Notes under the pieces: generated by a model | Database searches by the model: none | Seen by the model: the letters and a program-made list of their open reading frames with translations, nothing else | Told to the model about the DNA's origin: nothing | Position numbers and translations under genes: made by a program | Assembly (NCBI RefSeq): GCF_001194135.2 | Contig: NC_068984.1 | Location: 62,274,635 to 62,328,083 of the forward strand | Source: Octopus bimaculoides | Taxonomy: Eukaryota | Reading direction: 5' to 3' | DNA length: 53,449 nucleotides | Part shown: in pieces, positions 24,768-36,531 of the stretch | How positions within the stretch are numbered: position 1 is the stretch's first letter | Layout: each line of letters opens with the position of its first letter

Positions 24768-25819
24768 GCGCGTGTATGTATATATGCGTATATACCATAT
24801 GCTTTTTATAAGACATTTTTTGAATCTTTACAATTTTCACAAACCTCTTTTGCTTCGAGTACGATTAATCTCTTTACTTACTTACTGAGAGTTACTATAC
24901 TTATAAAGAAATATAAACCTTAATGGAGATTTCAAGAGAATGGATTTTTCATCTTTACGCATTATTTCCTGAAGCTTATTTCAATGCTAGTCCTAACTGA
25001 GAATAATTCAATTTCGTTAAATAACTTTTCCCTCTCGTGTCCCTAACGTATTTGCATTCATAACTTCTATTATTGTTAGCATGCAACGGCAGAAGAGGTT
25101 TTTGCAATGACATAACAGAAAAAGAAACATTTTCTGTTTATGACTATAGATGTTAGTGTTACAGGCAACTATTTATATATGATTTTTATGCGTTCATACT
25201 ATTATAGTATATAGACTATATTCATTCATACATCACATTTCAGGGGGGGGGGGTCACTAGATAAAATACACATCAGTCACTCAATGACTTTAAAAATTAC
25301 GCTATAAATTCACTGACAAATATTAATTTAGATATTAAATGAAACTCTCATTAAATGTTTTTATTTTTTACATGCCATAAACCATTATATAAATTTCAAT
25401 GGAGTAATGTAATATTCTTTTTTTCTATTCTACTGTGCGAAAACTGAAAGAGATAGTTCCAAGAACTGAAGATCTGGATTCAGTGTCATACACCAAGCAA
25501 AAGAACTCCGAAGCCAGCTAACAGATTATACTTTCCATGAAGTAAATTTTCTAGCTCAGTTCAAACCTAATTAAGCAAACTTACGATAAATATTGTTCGA
25601 GTTGCAACCAACTACCTATGTTATTTTTTCTCTTCTTCATGTGTAATGTATCCAGGATTACATTTTCCTGCGGATATATATATATATATATATATATANN
25701 NNNNNNNNNNNNNNNNNNNNNNNNNNNNNNNNNNNNNNNNNNNNNNNNNNNNNNNNNNNNNATATATATTCTTCCTTTTTAAGACAATTGGCGTTACAAC
25801 TGAAGTGGATCAATGTATA

Positions 25820-27107
25820 TCAGGCTGAGTAAAAAGTAAGCAACGTTTCGAAACATGAAATTTATAACAATATATTTCAACAAAGCGGTAATTTTATTCA
25901 TCAAAGTAAGTACCATTACAATCAACACATTCTTGCCAATGAGTTACAGGTTTGTTTATTCTGGTAATATAAAAATGTGGAGTTCTGGAGCTGATGAACA
26001 CTTTAAACGCATTTTCAGCATCGGTTTGACTTTTGAATTCCTTCTTTCGCAGGAAACCATCACGGTGCATGAAAAAAGTGATTTTCAGTAGGAGAAAGGT
26101 CTGGGAAATAAGCTAGGTAGGAAAGAACTTCATATCCAATTTTTCTTAACTACTGGAGCGTCATTAATGAAAAGTGTGGTGGAGCATTGTCATGAAGAAT
26201 GATTAACCCTCTACTGTTGACCAGTCTGGGACGGACGAGTAGCAGTTTTTCGTTCATTTTGGCAAGTTCATGGCAATATGTTTCTGAAGTAATGGCTTTT
26301 TCGAGTTTTAAGTCGTTATAGTGGATGAGTCCAACAGTACACCACCAATCTGTCAGCATAACCTTCTTTTTGAAGAGCTCAGGTTTCAGGAAAGTTTTTG
26401 GTCCTTTATTTTGGTTCAACCACTGCGAAGAACGTTTTTTCATTATTGTAAAGAATTCACTTTTCATCGCAAGCTATAGTACAGTCGTGAAATGGATCGG
26501 TCTGGTTACGGAGAAGAAACGACGAGCAAATTTCATATCTGCGCATTTTCTGATTTTCATTCAAATCATGTGGTACCCATTTGTCGAGCTTTTTTATTTT
26601 CCGATTGCATGCAAATGGTTGCAGGCAGTTTTCTGGCTAACTTGAAGATCTTTTGCCAGTTCTCGAGTGATTTTATATGGATCATTCTCAATGATTGTTT
26701 TTAATTGACCGTTGTCGATTATAGATGGCGTCCACTACGTTCACAATCTTCAAGGCTCAGGTCTCCACTGCGAAATCTTTTAAACCATTTTCGAGCTGAT
26801 CACTTACTGGTCATTTCGTCACCAAACGTTTCGTTGTTTTCGCGAGCAGTTTCAGCTTCTTTATGTCCCTTTTCTCAAGTTAAATAGTAAAACAAAATTG
26901 CTCGAATATCGCGCTTTGACAGTTCCATTTCAGATGATTGTAACAAGGGCGAAAAAATACCAATGTTAATTTACTGATGCATTTAGGCACGTCTATGTAT
27001 GTATTACCACACAATTTCAAAAATACGTTTAAAAAATTAAAAACTCGGCAAAATCCGGTACAGATTCTTCATGGTTCAAAACGTTGCTTACTTTTTACTC
27101 AAGCTGA
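25820..27107 (-). mobile_element. Full-length mariner element, 1288 bp, family 1
   Basis: 29-bp TIRs tcaggctgagtaaaaagtaagcaacgttt (2 mismatches between ends). TA at 25818-19 and 27108-09. Confidence 0.96.
25894..26928 (-). pseudogene. mariner (DD34D-type) transposase pseudogene
   Basis: MELSKRDIRAILFY...KWFKRFRSGDLSLED, WVPHDL, CDEK*ILY, LHDNAPPH, YFPDLSPTENH (third D changed to E). Span is 1035 nt, with multiple stops and frameshifts. Confidence 0.95.
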
Positions 27108-27844
27108 TAGTATTACTAACACAATCAAAGCATGCGCAAAACCTGAAGTATTGTTGCTTGGATACTACAAAAGAATAAACACTTTGGATGTACTAGCAAC
27201 TTTGTAATTTGTAGTATTAGCAATCATATATGAAATGCTGAAATAACTTCCATAATAGTTGTAAGAAAACTGTTGTATATAACTTATTTAATTGTGAACT
27301 TAAGACAGAATAAATTGATATAGCATTGTAGTTGAGGATAACAAAGACCAGATTATTTATACAGGATGTGCTAAAAGCGTAATGTTGTACAGCTGTTACT
27401 TTTCCATAATGGAATCTACAGCAACTTCGCAAAAAGTATGTGAGCATAGTGAATTAGATATGTGCTAGTTAGTTTAGAAGAGAGACTAAGTAGACATGAG
27501 CTAATAAAGAAACAGTACAAGAAAAATATATAAAAATGTAAATTGATGAGATGAGTTGGCTGAAAGTGTGACTTAGTAATGGAATATATTTCTTGTGAAG
27601 TTTGAACATTAAAAATCTAAAAAGACGATTTTAGGGAGACAGGGAGTTCAGAGAAATGGAAAATCTCACATCAAGATTCAAGGAAAGATGCTATAATGTG
27701 GAACATTTGAAATCTATGTCAGCATTTATAAATGTATATTAAATAAATAATTACATTGGTGAATTATTTTGATGGTCAACTCAGAACTCTGCAGTCATTA
27801 CCAGCACAACCTTGATCATAATCACTGTAAATAATATATACATA

Positions 27845-27976
27845 GGCACAATCGTGGCTGTGTGGTAAGAAGATTACTTTCCAACCATATGGTTCCGGGA
27901 TCAGTCCCTTGGGTAAGTGTCTTCTATTGTAGCCCAGGGCCGATTTGGTAGACGGAAACTGAAAGAGGTCCGTGGT
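27845..27976 (+). mobile_element. tRNA-derived SINE, family B (CORE-like ccttgggtaagtg box)
   Basis: cgtggctgtgtggtaagaag...ggttccgggatcagtcccttgggtaagtgtcttctat...gtagacggaaactgaaaga, ending in (TA)n. Confidence 0.8.
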
Positions 27977-27981
27977 GTATA

Positions 27982-28018
<37 letters not shown>

Positions 28019-29846
28019 NNNNNNNNNNNNNNNNNNNNNNNNNNNNNNNNNNNNNNNNNNNNNNNNNNNNNNNNNNNNNNNNNNNNNNNNNNNNNNNNNN
28101 NNNNNNNNNNNNNNNNNNNNNNNNNNNNNNNNNNNNNNNNNNNNNNNNNNNNNNNNNNNNNNNNNNNNNNNNNNNNNNNNNNNNNNNNNNNNNNNNNNNN
28201 NNNNNNNNNNNNNNNNNNNNNNNNNNNNNNNNNNNNNNNNNNNNNNNNNNNNNNNNNNNNNNNNNNNNNNNNNNNNNNNNNNNNNNNNNNNNNNNNNNNN
28301 NNNNNNNNNNNNNNNNNNNNNNNNNNNNNNNNNNNNNNNNNNNNNNNNNNNNNNNNNNNNNNNNNNNNNNNNNNNNNNNNNNNNNNNNNNNNNNNNNNNN
28401 NNNNNNNNNNNNNNNNNNNNNNNNNNNNNNNNNNNNNNNNNNNNNNNNNNNNNNNNNNNNNNNNNNNNNNNNNNNNNNNNNNNNNATATATATATATATA
28501 TATATATATAACCCAGAGGTTTCAGGTAATGCTGAGTAAGTGCTATGGATAGACCACAGTTAAGCTCCAGATTCGGTGATTATGCGAATAAGGGGTCCAA
28601 GGTACGTCATATATCAGCCTGTGAATATAAGGATATACTTTTCCTAATGAGATAAAAAAAAAACAAGGCTGTGTGCATTATAGAACAATTATAAAAAGAA
28701 TGTGTTACAGCTGTTTCCAGGATATTTATTATATCCCTTCATCGGAGACAGTGTGAAAGGATGGTTAAGCAATAGTTAATTTAGATAAGATAGGAAATAG
28801 AGATTGAATGCAGGGATACTGTATTTGTAAATCATTTTGGTATTGCGTCTCAAATATAAGCCAAGTTCATGCAATCTGCTTCTCGAGAAAGGCTGGTCGT
28901 GTTTGAACCAGATAATGTGTTTTCCGATCTCATGCAAAAAGATACAAAATGTAAACGTCTGAGCGAGAAAGGCTTCAAACATATATTTCCTTCATTAATG
29001 GTAGTTCAGATTTAAACAACAATAATGTAATTAATATGATATCCACACCAAAACTTCACAGTAACTAATATCATAACAACACCATAATAATAAGAGCACC
29101 ACGAATCACAAGAAATGTGTCATTTTATTGATCTAATGTTATAAAAACAGGCTTCAGAAATTATATCATGTATTTGAAATGTATCTATATGCAAAAACTA
29201 CTAAGGATTTCTCATATTCTAAAATTACTACAACTTAGAATAAACAATGAATTAAAAATTCAAACAATTCATTATTTAATGCAAGAAAGTAACAGATTCA
29301 ATTTATACGGAGGTACATATACGGGAAAAATAGTATTACTTTAAGCATACATACTAGCACACGTACACAAACATTTATTCAATATCACCGTGCATTATAT
29401 TAAGATCTAAATAAGAATATCTTCCTACAACAAGGGAAGATCATACGAAACTAATCACAGGCACTTCTTATATGCTTATTTGTTAGTGGAAGTAACTCTT
29501 CTTCATTGTTCTTGTAAAAGATACTTAACATCCTTCCATCTATACATATGTGTGTAAATANNNNNNNNNNTATATATATATATATATATAGCAACATAAC
29601 TTTAAGGGGGTCAACAAACAACGAACTTGAAACGACCCGTACAGAGACACCCGCTTATGATTTTTATTGTTTGAGTTTCGCTTCGTGTTTCGACTGTGCA
29701 ACGTTGGCTATGAATTCTCACTTTTCTTTGTACTCTCCTTCTGTGGGAGATACATTAATCAATGTCACGTTTTCGTTGATTACTGTTTTTCTGTATAATT
29801 TATGTCGGTTATTTATATTATTTACAATTGATATTTGTTTGCTCTT

Positions 29847-29892
29847 AACACAACGTTTTGGCTGACATGCCCTCCAGCCTTCATCAGGTGCC
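29847..29892 (-). ncRNA. Minimal type I hammerhead ribozyme motif (G12 mutated to A)
   Basis: Reverse complement: ggcac CUGAUGA a ggcug gagggcaugu cagcc AAAA C GU U guguu. Stem II is intact; GAAA reads AAAA. Confidence 0.7.
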
Positions 29893-29978
29893 TTGGGGAA
29901 ATTTCGAACCTGGGTTCTCATTCCTAAGGTATTTTTCGATGTTATTATTATTATCATTATTATTATTATTATTATTCT

Positions 29979-30044
29979 CGTCACTGCTTGGAATCGAACT
30001 CGGAATCTTGTGGTTATTAGCCTGCGCTCTTAACCACTATGCCA
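29979..30044 (-). promoter_or_regulatory. tRNA-like Pol III internal promoter (A and B boxes) at the head of the left arm
   Basis: Reverse complement gives A box TGGCATAGTGG (30034-30044) and B box GAGTTCGATTCC (29990-30001). Confidence 0.75.
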
Positions 30045-30120
30045 TATGCTCGGGCATAATGTACATAATTCCTCATCTCTTAAATATAGAACTGTATTAA
30101 TATTCGATTCCAGGCAGTGA

Positions 30121-30193
<73 letters not shown>

Positions 30194-30240
30194 GTTGAAA
30201 AAAACCTTAGGAATGAGAACCCAGGCTCCAAATTTTCCAA

Positions 30241-30286
30241 GACACCTGATGAAATCTGGAGGCTATATCAGCCGAAACGTTGTGTT
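30241..30286 (+). ncRNA. Minimal type I hammerhead ribozyme motif (core intact, base of stem II damaged)
   Basis: gacac CUGAUGA a aucug gaggcuauau cagcc GAAA C GU U guguu. CTGATGA at 30246-52, GAAA at 30274-77, predicted cleavage after U30281. Confidence 0.72.
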
Positions 30287-31117
30287 AACAACAAACAAGA
30301 TGATGATAAATATCCGTCAATTGTAAATAATGTACATAATTCTTCATCTCTTAAATATAGAGCTGAATTTATGTCGGTTCTTCGATTATCTTTCTAATTT
30401 TGTTCTATTCAGTTTTCTTTAAGGATGAGGTTTCCCTGTTATTAGATATAATTATGTTTCAGATATTTAAGAAGACTAGTTTACACTGGTGGTTATTTTG
30501 TGATTTCAATGAGTGGTATTACATTCCATTTAGTAAATGCATATCGAGTTTATATTAGTGTGACTCTTGTAGGAAATTTCTTTAGGACTTAAGTAGCTTC
30601 TAATGTACTGCTTCAACCAACATCATCCAGTTATGCAATATATCCACCATTTGTTCTTTAAGCGAGGAAACTTTTATGCAGTTGCGACTACTTTAATGCT
30701 GGTCACAATATTTTGGTACTGTGGTCCTTGATGTTTGAGAAGAGTCCAGCTCGAATTCATGAAGGACGTTTTGAAAATCTTGTGGAAATTGTGGCTTTTC
30801 GACAGCAAATTTATACAACCCAACTATATAGCCTTTTCATCCTATTGATACTGAGCTGGGCAGTATTTTATTCTTTCGTTATATTTGGTGCATACAACAG
30901 AATAAAATTCAGTCCATTTAGAAAAGGCCCTAAAACTCTGAGGAAATAGATATGACCTGCTATACAACATCGATTTAAACAAACACACACACACACACAC
31001 TACTCTTCGTCTTCTTTTTCATTATCTTTCCGACTTTTTCATACTCTCTGTTTTTCCATCTTAATCCTTTTTGGTGAAGAGCGTAGGCTCGGAAAGTAAA
31101 ACTTGTAAACCTGATTG

Positions 31118-31170
<53 letters not shown>

Positions 31171-31180
31171 NNNNNNNNNN

Positions 31181-31248
<68 letters not shown>

Positions 31249-32470
31249 AGAGAAAACATAAGTGGAGCCTGAAAATGATTAACAAAATAGAACAGATTAA
31301 AGACTGGAGAGCTCCACGTTTCATTTCGATTGCTGCTTCCATATTTCTAGCGCACATAATTATAGCATGTGCCTGTGTCAGTATGTACGTACACATCTAT
31401 GCACACATGTACATTTATATATAGATATATATTTATATATACACATAGACACATACATACACAAAAAATATATATATAAGAGTTAGAGAGAGGGAGAGAC
31501 AGAAAGAGAGAGTGTTATTTTACAATCAATTGTCATCGGAAAATATGATGGTGCTACAATACCACAGATAATAATTCTCTTACGTTTCACAAGATAAAAT
31601 AGAGATAATGTACATACACCTGGCCGGAGGTATAGGAGGGATATTTATAAGACAACAAAATTAAGTGCTTCTTTTCAATCATCTTCATTTCACCCCCAGC
31701 TATGGTTCTACAAGCGCGCGCACACACACACACATACACGCACATATGTATATATGTATATATCTATCTATATATACATATCTATCTATCTATCTATCTA
31801 TCTATTTATATATATATATACATATACATACAAATATATATATTTGTTTTCCTAAACTGGCAACATGACCATCTCCAAGTACAACAATATGTATGTATAT
31901 ATATATATATATATATATNNNNNNNNNNNNNNNNNNNNNNNNNNNNNNNNNNNNNNNNNNNNNNNNNNNNNNNNNNNNNNNNNNNNNNNNNNNNNNNNNN
32001 NNNNNNNNNNNNNNNNNNNNNNNNNNNNNNNNNNNNNNNNNNNNNNNNNNNNNNNNNNNNNNNNNNNNNNNNNNNNNNNNNNNNNNNNNNNNNNNNNNNN
32101 NNNNNNNNNNNNNNNNNNNNNNNNNNNNNNNNNNNNNNNNNNNNNNNNNNNNNNNNNNNNNNNNNNNNNNNNNNNNNNNNNNNNNNNNNNNNNNNNNNNN
32201 NNNNNNNNNNNNNNNNNNNNNNNNNNNNNNNNNNNNNNNNNNNNNNNNNNNNNNNNNNNNNNNNNNNNNNNNNNNNNNNNNNNNNNNNNNNNNNNNNNNN
32301 NNNNNNNNNNNNNNNNNNNNNNNNNNNNNNNNNNNNNNNNNNNNNNNNNNNNNNNNNNNNNNNNNNNNNNNNNNNNNNNNNNNNNNNNNNNNNNNNNNNN
32401 NNNNNNNNNNNNNNNNNNNNNNNNNNNNNNNNNNNNNNNNNNNNNNNNNNNNNNNNNNNNNNNNNNNNNN

Positions 32471-32540
<70 letters not shown>

Positions 32541-32949
32541 TTTATATACATGTGTGTGTCTATTTATCTTTGTGTGTATATCAAAGAAATTTTGAGAGAT
32601 GATGAAAGCTTTTGTTCTCTACTCTTGTGTAAAAAACAGAATAATTTTGATCAAAATAGTTTAGAAGAACAGATACTAAATTACAGTTTTAAAATATTGT
32701 AATATTCCGAAATGGATATCACTGCATTGTGCATAAAAACTTAAAAGCTTCAATATCCGTCTCAAAAACATGCACAAATTGATACCATGATATTCAAATA
32801 CCAATTTGGCATTCTATTTTAGATGGTACTTAATGAGTTAATATCACATGAAAGTAAATAAATGAGCGGAGAGGCATTTGGTTCTCTCATTTCCAATATC
32901 CAAAAGAAATACAACAAATATGGAAAGTTAATCGCGTAAATAAGCATAA

Positions 32950-33012
<63 letters not shown>

Positions 33013-33136
33013 NNNNNNNNNNNNNNNNNNNNNNNNNNNNNNNNNNNNNNNNNNNNNNNNNNNNNNNNNNNNNNNNNNNNNNNNNNNNNNNNNNNNNNNN
33101 NNNNNNNNNNNNNNNNNNNNNNNNNNNNNNNNNNNN

Positions 33137-33195
<59 letters not shown>

Positions 33196-33249
33196 TGTTT
33201 ATAAATTAAGAAATGAATTTAAACACAGGTGTCATTCAAATCTTTATAC

Positions 33250-33975
33250 TTCCGACAGATGTTTCGAAGAAAACATTGGTATTATTCCAGAGGGAATAAA
33301 ACGATGTAAAACAATGGAAAAAAGAGAAACAAATGACATCAATAGACATTTTAACAGAATATGATTACCGCGTATGTCCAGTTCGACATTTCTAGTTACT
33401 GTTTCTCTATAAACCCAATTGTACTCAACAAGGCACTCTGGTTCGCACACAACAAAGCAGGTTTCACCAGGGATGAAATTAATGTAGTGCTAGCCGCCAG
33501 AAAATCAATCATTAAATTTGAAAGCAAGCTGTGGGTGGGTAACGATACGCCTGACAGTTTTGATTTCACGATGAGAAGTTCTGACTCAGCACAATTGGCT
33601 GATTTGGTCGATACATATATCCTTTACGAGATGGTTGACCAATTCCCAAACATCAATGGAGGTCTGTATCGTGTCGATTGTCTCCCTTCAAAAGTGTTCT
33701 AGCCAAATATTATAAAGGGTTAAAAGTAGGTTGGTTGAAGTTTTCCGTAACATCGGCTTAAGCATTGTTTTCGTCGATGATATAACTAAAGCCAACTATT
33801 TGGATATTGCCCATAACTTAAATAATGATTCATATTTCCTATACCATAAACCCTCAAATAATTTAAATTATATTAGCTCCATCAATAATCATCCAAAGGC
33901 TATTACAAGGAATTTAGTTAGAAATATTTCACTTAGAATTTCTAGATTATCAGCCAGTATTGACATCTTCAATGT
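33250..33975 (+). pseudogene. Penelope-like element reverse transcriptase fragment
   Basis: VQFDISSYCFSI...LAARKSII...FDFTMRSSDSAQLADLVDTYIL...GLYRVDCL, then NYLDI...YHKPSNNLNYI...NNHPK...RISRLS...IFN. These match PLE RT motifs FDI, FDVTMGSxDGAE, GLYRDDG, FLD and SNHP. Frameshifted. Confidence 0.88.
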
Positions 33976-34517
33976 TCATACATCGTTGAGCTTGGTTATT
34001 GACCAGTTCAAGAGAAGCTTGTCGAGGACTTCTGTTCGCTAGACCGAGATGATGGGGGTATCAACTGATGGTACTTTGTGAATGACGAAGTTCTGCCATC
34101 AATGTGCAAGTGCTTGAGCTTGGCGGTTGTTCGACTACTTCAAGCAAGGCCTTACTTTCCACAACGGAAGGTCTCACTGACCTCCGTTTGTCATCAAGGC
34201 TGGTGCCACAGTCTTAAAATGTCTGAACCAATTTTGTGCCACGCTTGCTAAGAGCTTCCATTTCGTCAATTTCTTTTACCACTCGAACTTTCTCTTCCAT
34301 TAATAGCATAAAACGACCTTAATTGCAGCTTTTTCACCACTCACCCTCCAAGCTGTAAAATGAAGAATAAACAATAAATGCTATATATACAAGTAAACAA
34401 TTAGCACTACAACAACAATTGGACAACAATTTATATCAAATTAATAATATAGCATGGAGATGCAATTTGCCAAATATCATCAGTGGAAATCACATAAAAG
34501 CTTTTGACTCATGCCAG
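33971..34517 (-). mobile_element. 5' fragment of a third mariner family
   Basis: Terminus TA|ctggcatgagtcaaaag (TA at 34518-19). Translation WFRHFKDCGTSLDDKRRSVRPSVV...ELVNNQAQR is the mariner N-terminal HTH region; the catalytic domain is absent. Confidence 0.75.
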
Positions 34518-34518
34518 T

Positions 34519-34588
34519 ATACAAATATATATATATACATATCTATATATATATATATATATGTACATATATATATATTTACATACAC

Positions 34589-34622
<34 letters not shown>

Positions 34623-34778
34623 CTATATATATGTACATATACATTTATATATATGTATATATTCGTACATATATATACATATATACATACATGCATATAT
34701 ATACATATATATATACATTCATATATATATTCGTATAATTATCTGTGTATATATGTGTATATATGTATAAATATATAC

Positions 34779-34840
<62 letters not shown>

Positions 34841-34852
34841 TTATTTAAATAT

Positions 34853-34883
<31 letters not shown>

Positions 34884-35030
34884 AATACATACAGATATAT
34901 ACATAAATATATTTATACATATATATATAAATATACATACATACGCAAATACATACACATACATATATATACACATATATACATATACGTTTGTGTGTGT
35001 GTATATGTTTGTGTATGTGTGTATTCATAT
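34519..35030. repeat. ~510-bp complex (TA/CA) microsatellite
   Basis: Direct inspection; it explains the Tyr/Ile/His-rich ORFs here. Confidence 0.95.
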
Positions 35031-35630
35031 TCTACTAATAGTTTCTCATACTCTAATAAGTGATAATATAGAAACACTAATATACCGGAATTCAGTAGAT
35101 ACTGAAAAGTATCTTAACTAAAAGTTAGAAACTGGTATATTATAGGACAATCACCTATGTACAGAAAAGCTTATTGACAATGAAATTATAGATGACAAAA
35201 TCTTTAAATGACTAGATGTAAACTAAGCGCATATTTTCATATAGGCTGTGATCTTTTTAATGTGAAAAGCTTCAGAAATGCATCTGCCTTAAGATTTTCA
35301 CTTTCAAAGAAGCTAAGCAATCAGAAATCATTGAAGAAAGATACAGCACAAAAGCAATGTATATTTTATTACCATAAGCAAACACATATATATCCATAAA
35401 ATATGATATTCTTTCATATCAAAGACTGAAAGTATTGTGCAGAAAATAGCGCATATCTCGCAATGAAAATTTTAGTAGAGGCAATAATTCTAGTAATGTA
35501 GAAATACTAGTCAATAGTTATCCCATGCTGTATGATTGAAAACATTCTACACTTGAACAATCCTAGAAAATTTCACCCAAAATCAAACGTACGTATTTCT
35601 CTACATATACGTTTAAGATATGCTACATAT

Positions 35631-35665
<35 letters not shown>

Positions 35666-35912
35666 NNNNNNNNNNNNNNNNNNNNNNNNNNNNNNNNNNN
35701 NNNNNNNNNNNNNNNNNNNNNNNNNNNNNNNNNNNNNNNNNNNNNNNNNNNNNNNNNNNNNNNNNNNNNNNNNNNNNNNNNNNNNNNNNNNNNNNNNNNN
35801 NNNNNNNNNNNNNNNNNNNNNNNNNNNNNNNNNNNNNNNNNNNNNNNNNNNNNNNNNNNNNNNNNNNNNNNNNNNNNNNNNNNNNNNNNNNNNNNNNNNN
35901 NNNNNNNNNNNN

Positions 35913-35954
<42 letters not shown>

Positions 35955-35955
35955 G

Positions 35956-36003
<48 letters not shown>

Positions 36004-36179
36004 CGGATACACACACAAGCACACACACAAACACACATATATATAGGTGAAAAGTTCGGAGGGAGATAACACGTGGTGGTACATACAAAATGAGATTTAG
36101 GGTGAAAAAGCACAGAAATCATGTTTGTGTGGATAAATATTATTTAATCCATTACAATATGTACAATGTCGACCGGTTA

Positions 36180-36447
36180 TCAATGATAACGACCCTAAGC
36201 TGTATGAAACACGCCCATAAAATTATTAAAAGCAACAAACAGCCCAAACCACTCAAGCTGATACTCATAAATGCAAAACTATACTAAAATTGTAAGGAAG
36301 GCAAGAGTCAAATTATGTAGACGATCTGTGGAACATGTCCCAAACTAATGGAAGGCTCAGAATTCCATTTTAAACAAGGACAAAAATTTTAAATTAAAAC
36401 TGACTGCACTTGTACCTCTGAAAATCTCATCTACGTCGTAACATGTT
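36180..36447 (+). pseudogene. Penelope-like (Neptune-type) linker and GIY-YIG endonuclease N-terminal fragment
   Basis: KIIKSNKQPKPLKLIL...ICGTCPKLMEGSEFHFKQGQKF*IKTDCTCTSENLIYVVTC: Cys-rich linker plus the N-LIY half of the GIY-YIG motif. It ends abruptly at a fold-back. Confidence 0.75.
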
Positions 36448-36531
36448 GAACCTGTTTAGTCCTACCGCAGCTGAAACATGTTACGACGTAGATGAGATTT
36501 TCAAAGGTTCAACTGCAGTCAGTTTTAATTT
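36391..36531. repeat. 57-bp inverted repeat, 27-nt spacer
   Basis: Arms 36391-36447 and 36475-36531 match at 54/57. Confidence 0.95.

Larger units (their letters stand above)
29811..30365. mobile_element. Composite inverted-dimer retroelement (tRNA head, (AAT)n, hammerhead, tail) with 14-bp TSD
   Basis: Perfect direct repeat aatttatgtcggtt at 29797-29810 and 30366-30379. The left arm (minus) and right arm (plus) are inverted homologues. Confidence 0.88.
29600..30900 (-). mobile_element. Very degenerate non-LTR ORF2 (possibly Ingi/Vingi/I-like) interrupted by the 29811-30365 insertion
   Basis: Removing the insertion gives a continuous minus-strand reading ...SKNRHKLYRK...SPTEGEY...and downstream TIKIISGCL, reminiscent of the MRIISG motif after the RT. 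Weak, and boundaries are approximate. Confidence 0.35.

Noticed and set aside
35050-35210. Possible Penelope RT N-terminal remnant (VDTEKYLN)
   Set aside because: Similarity is too short and too interrupted to support.
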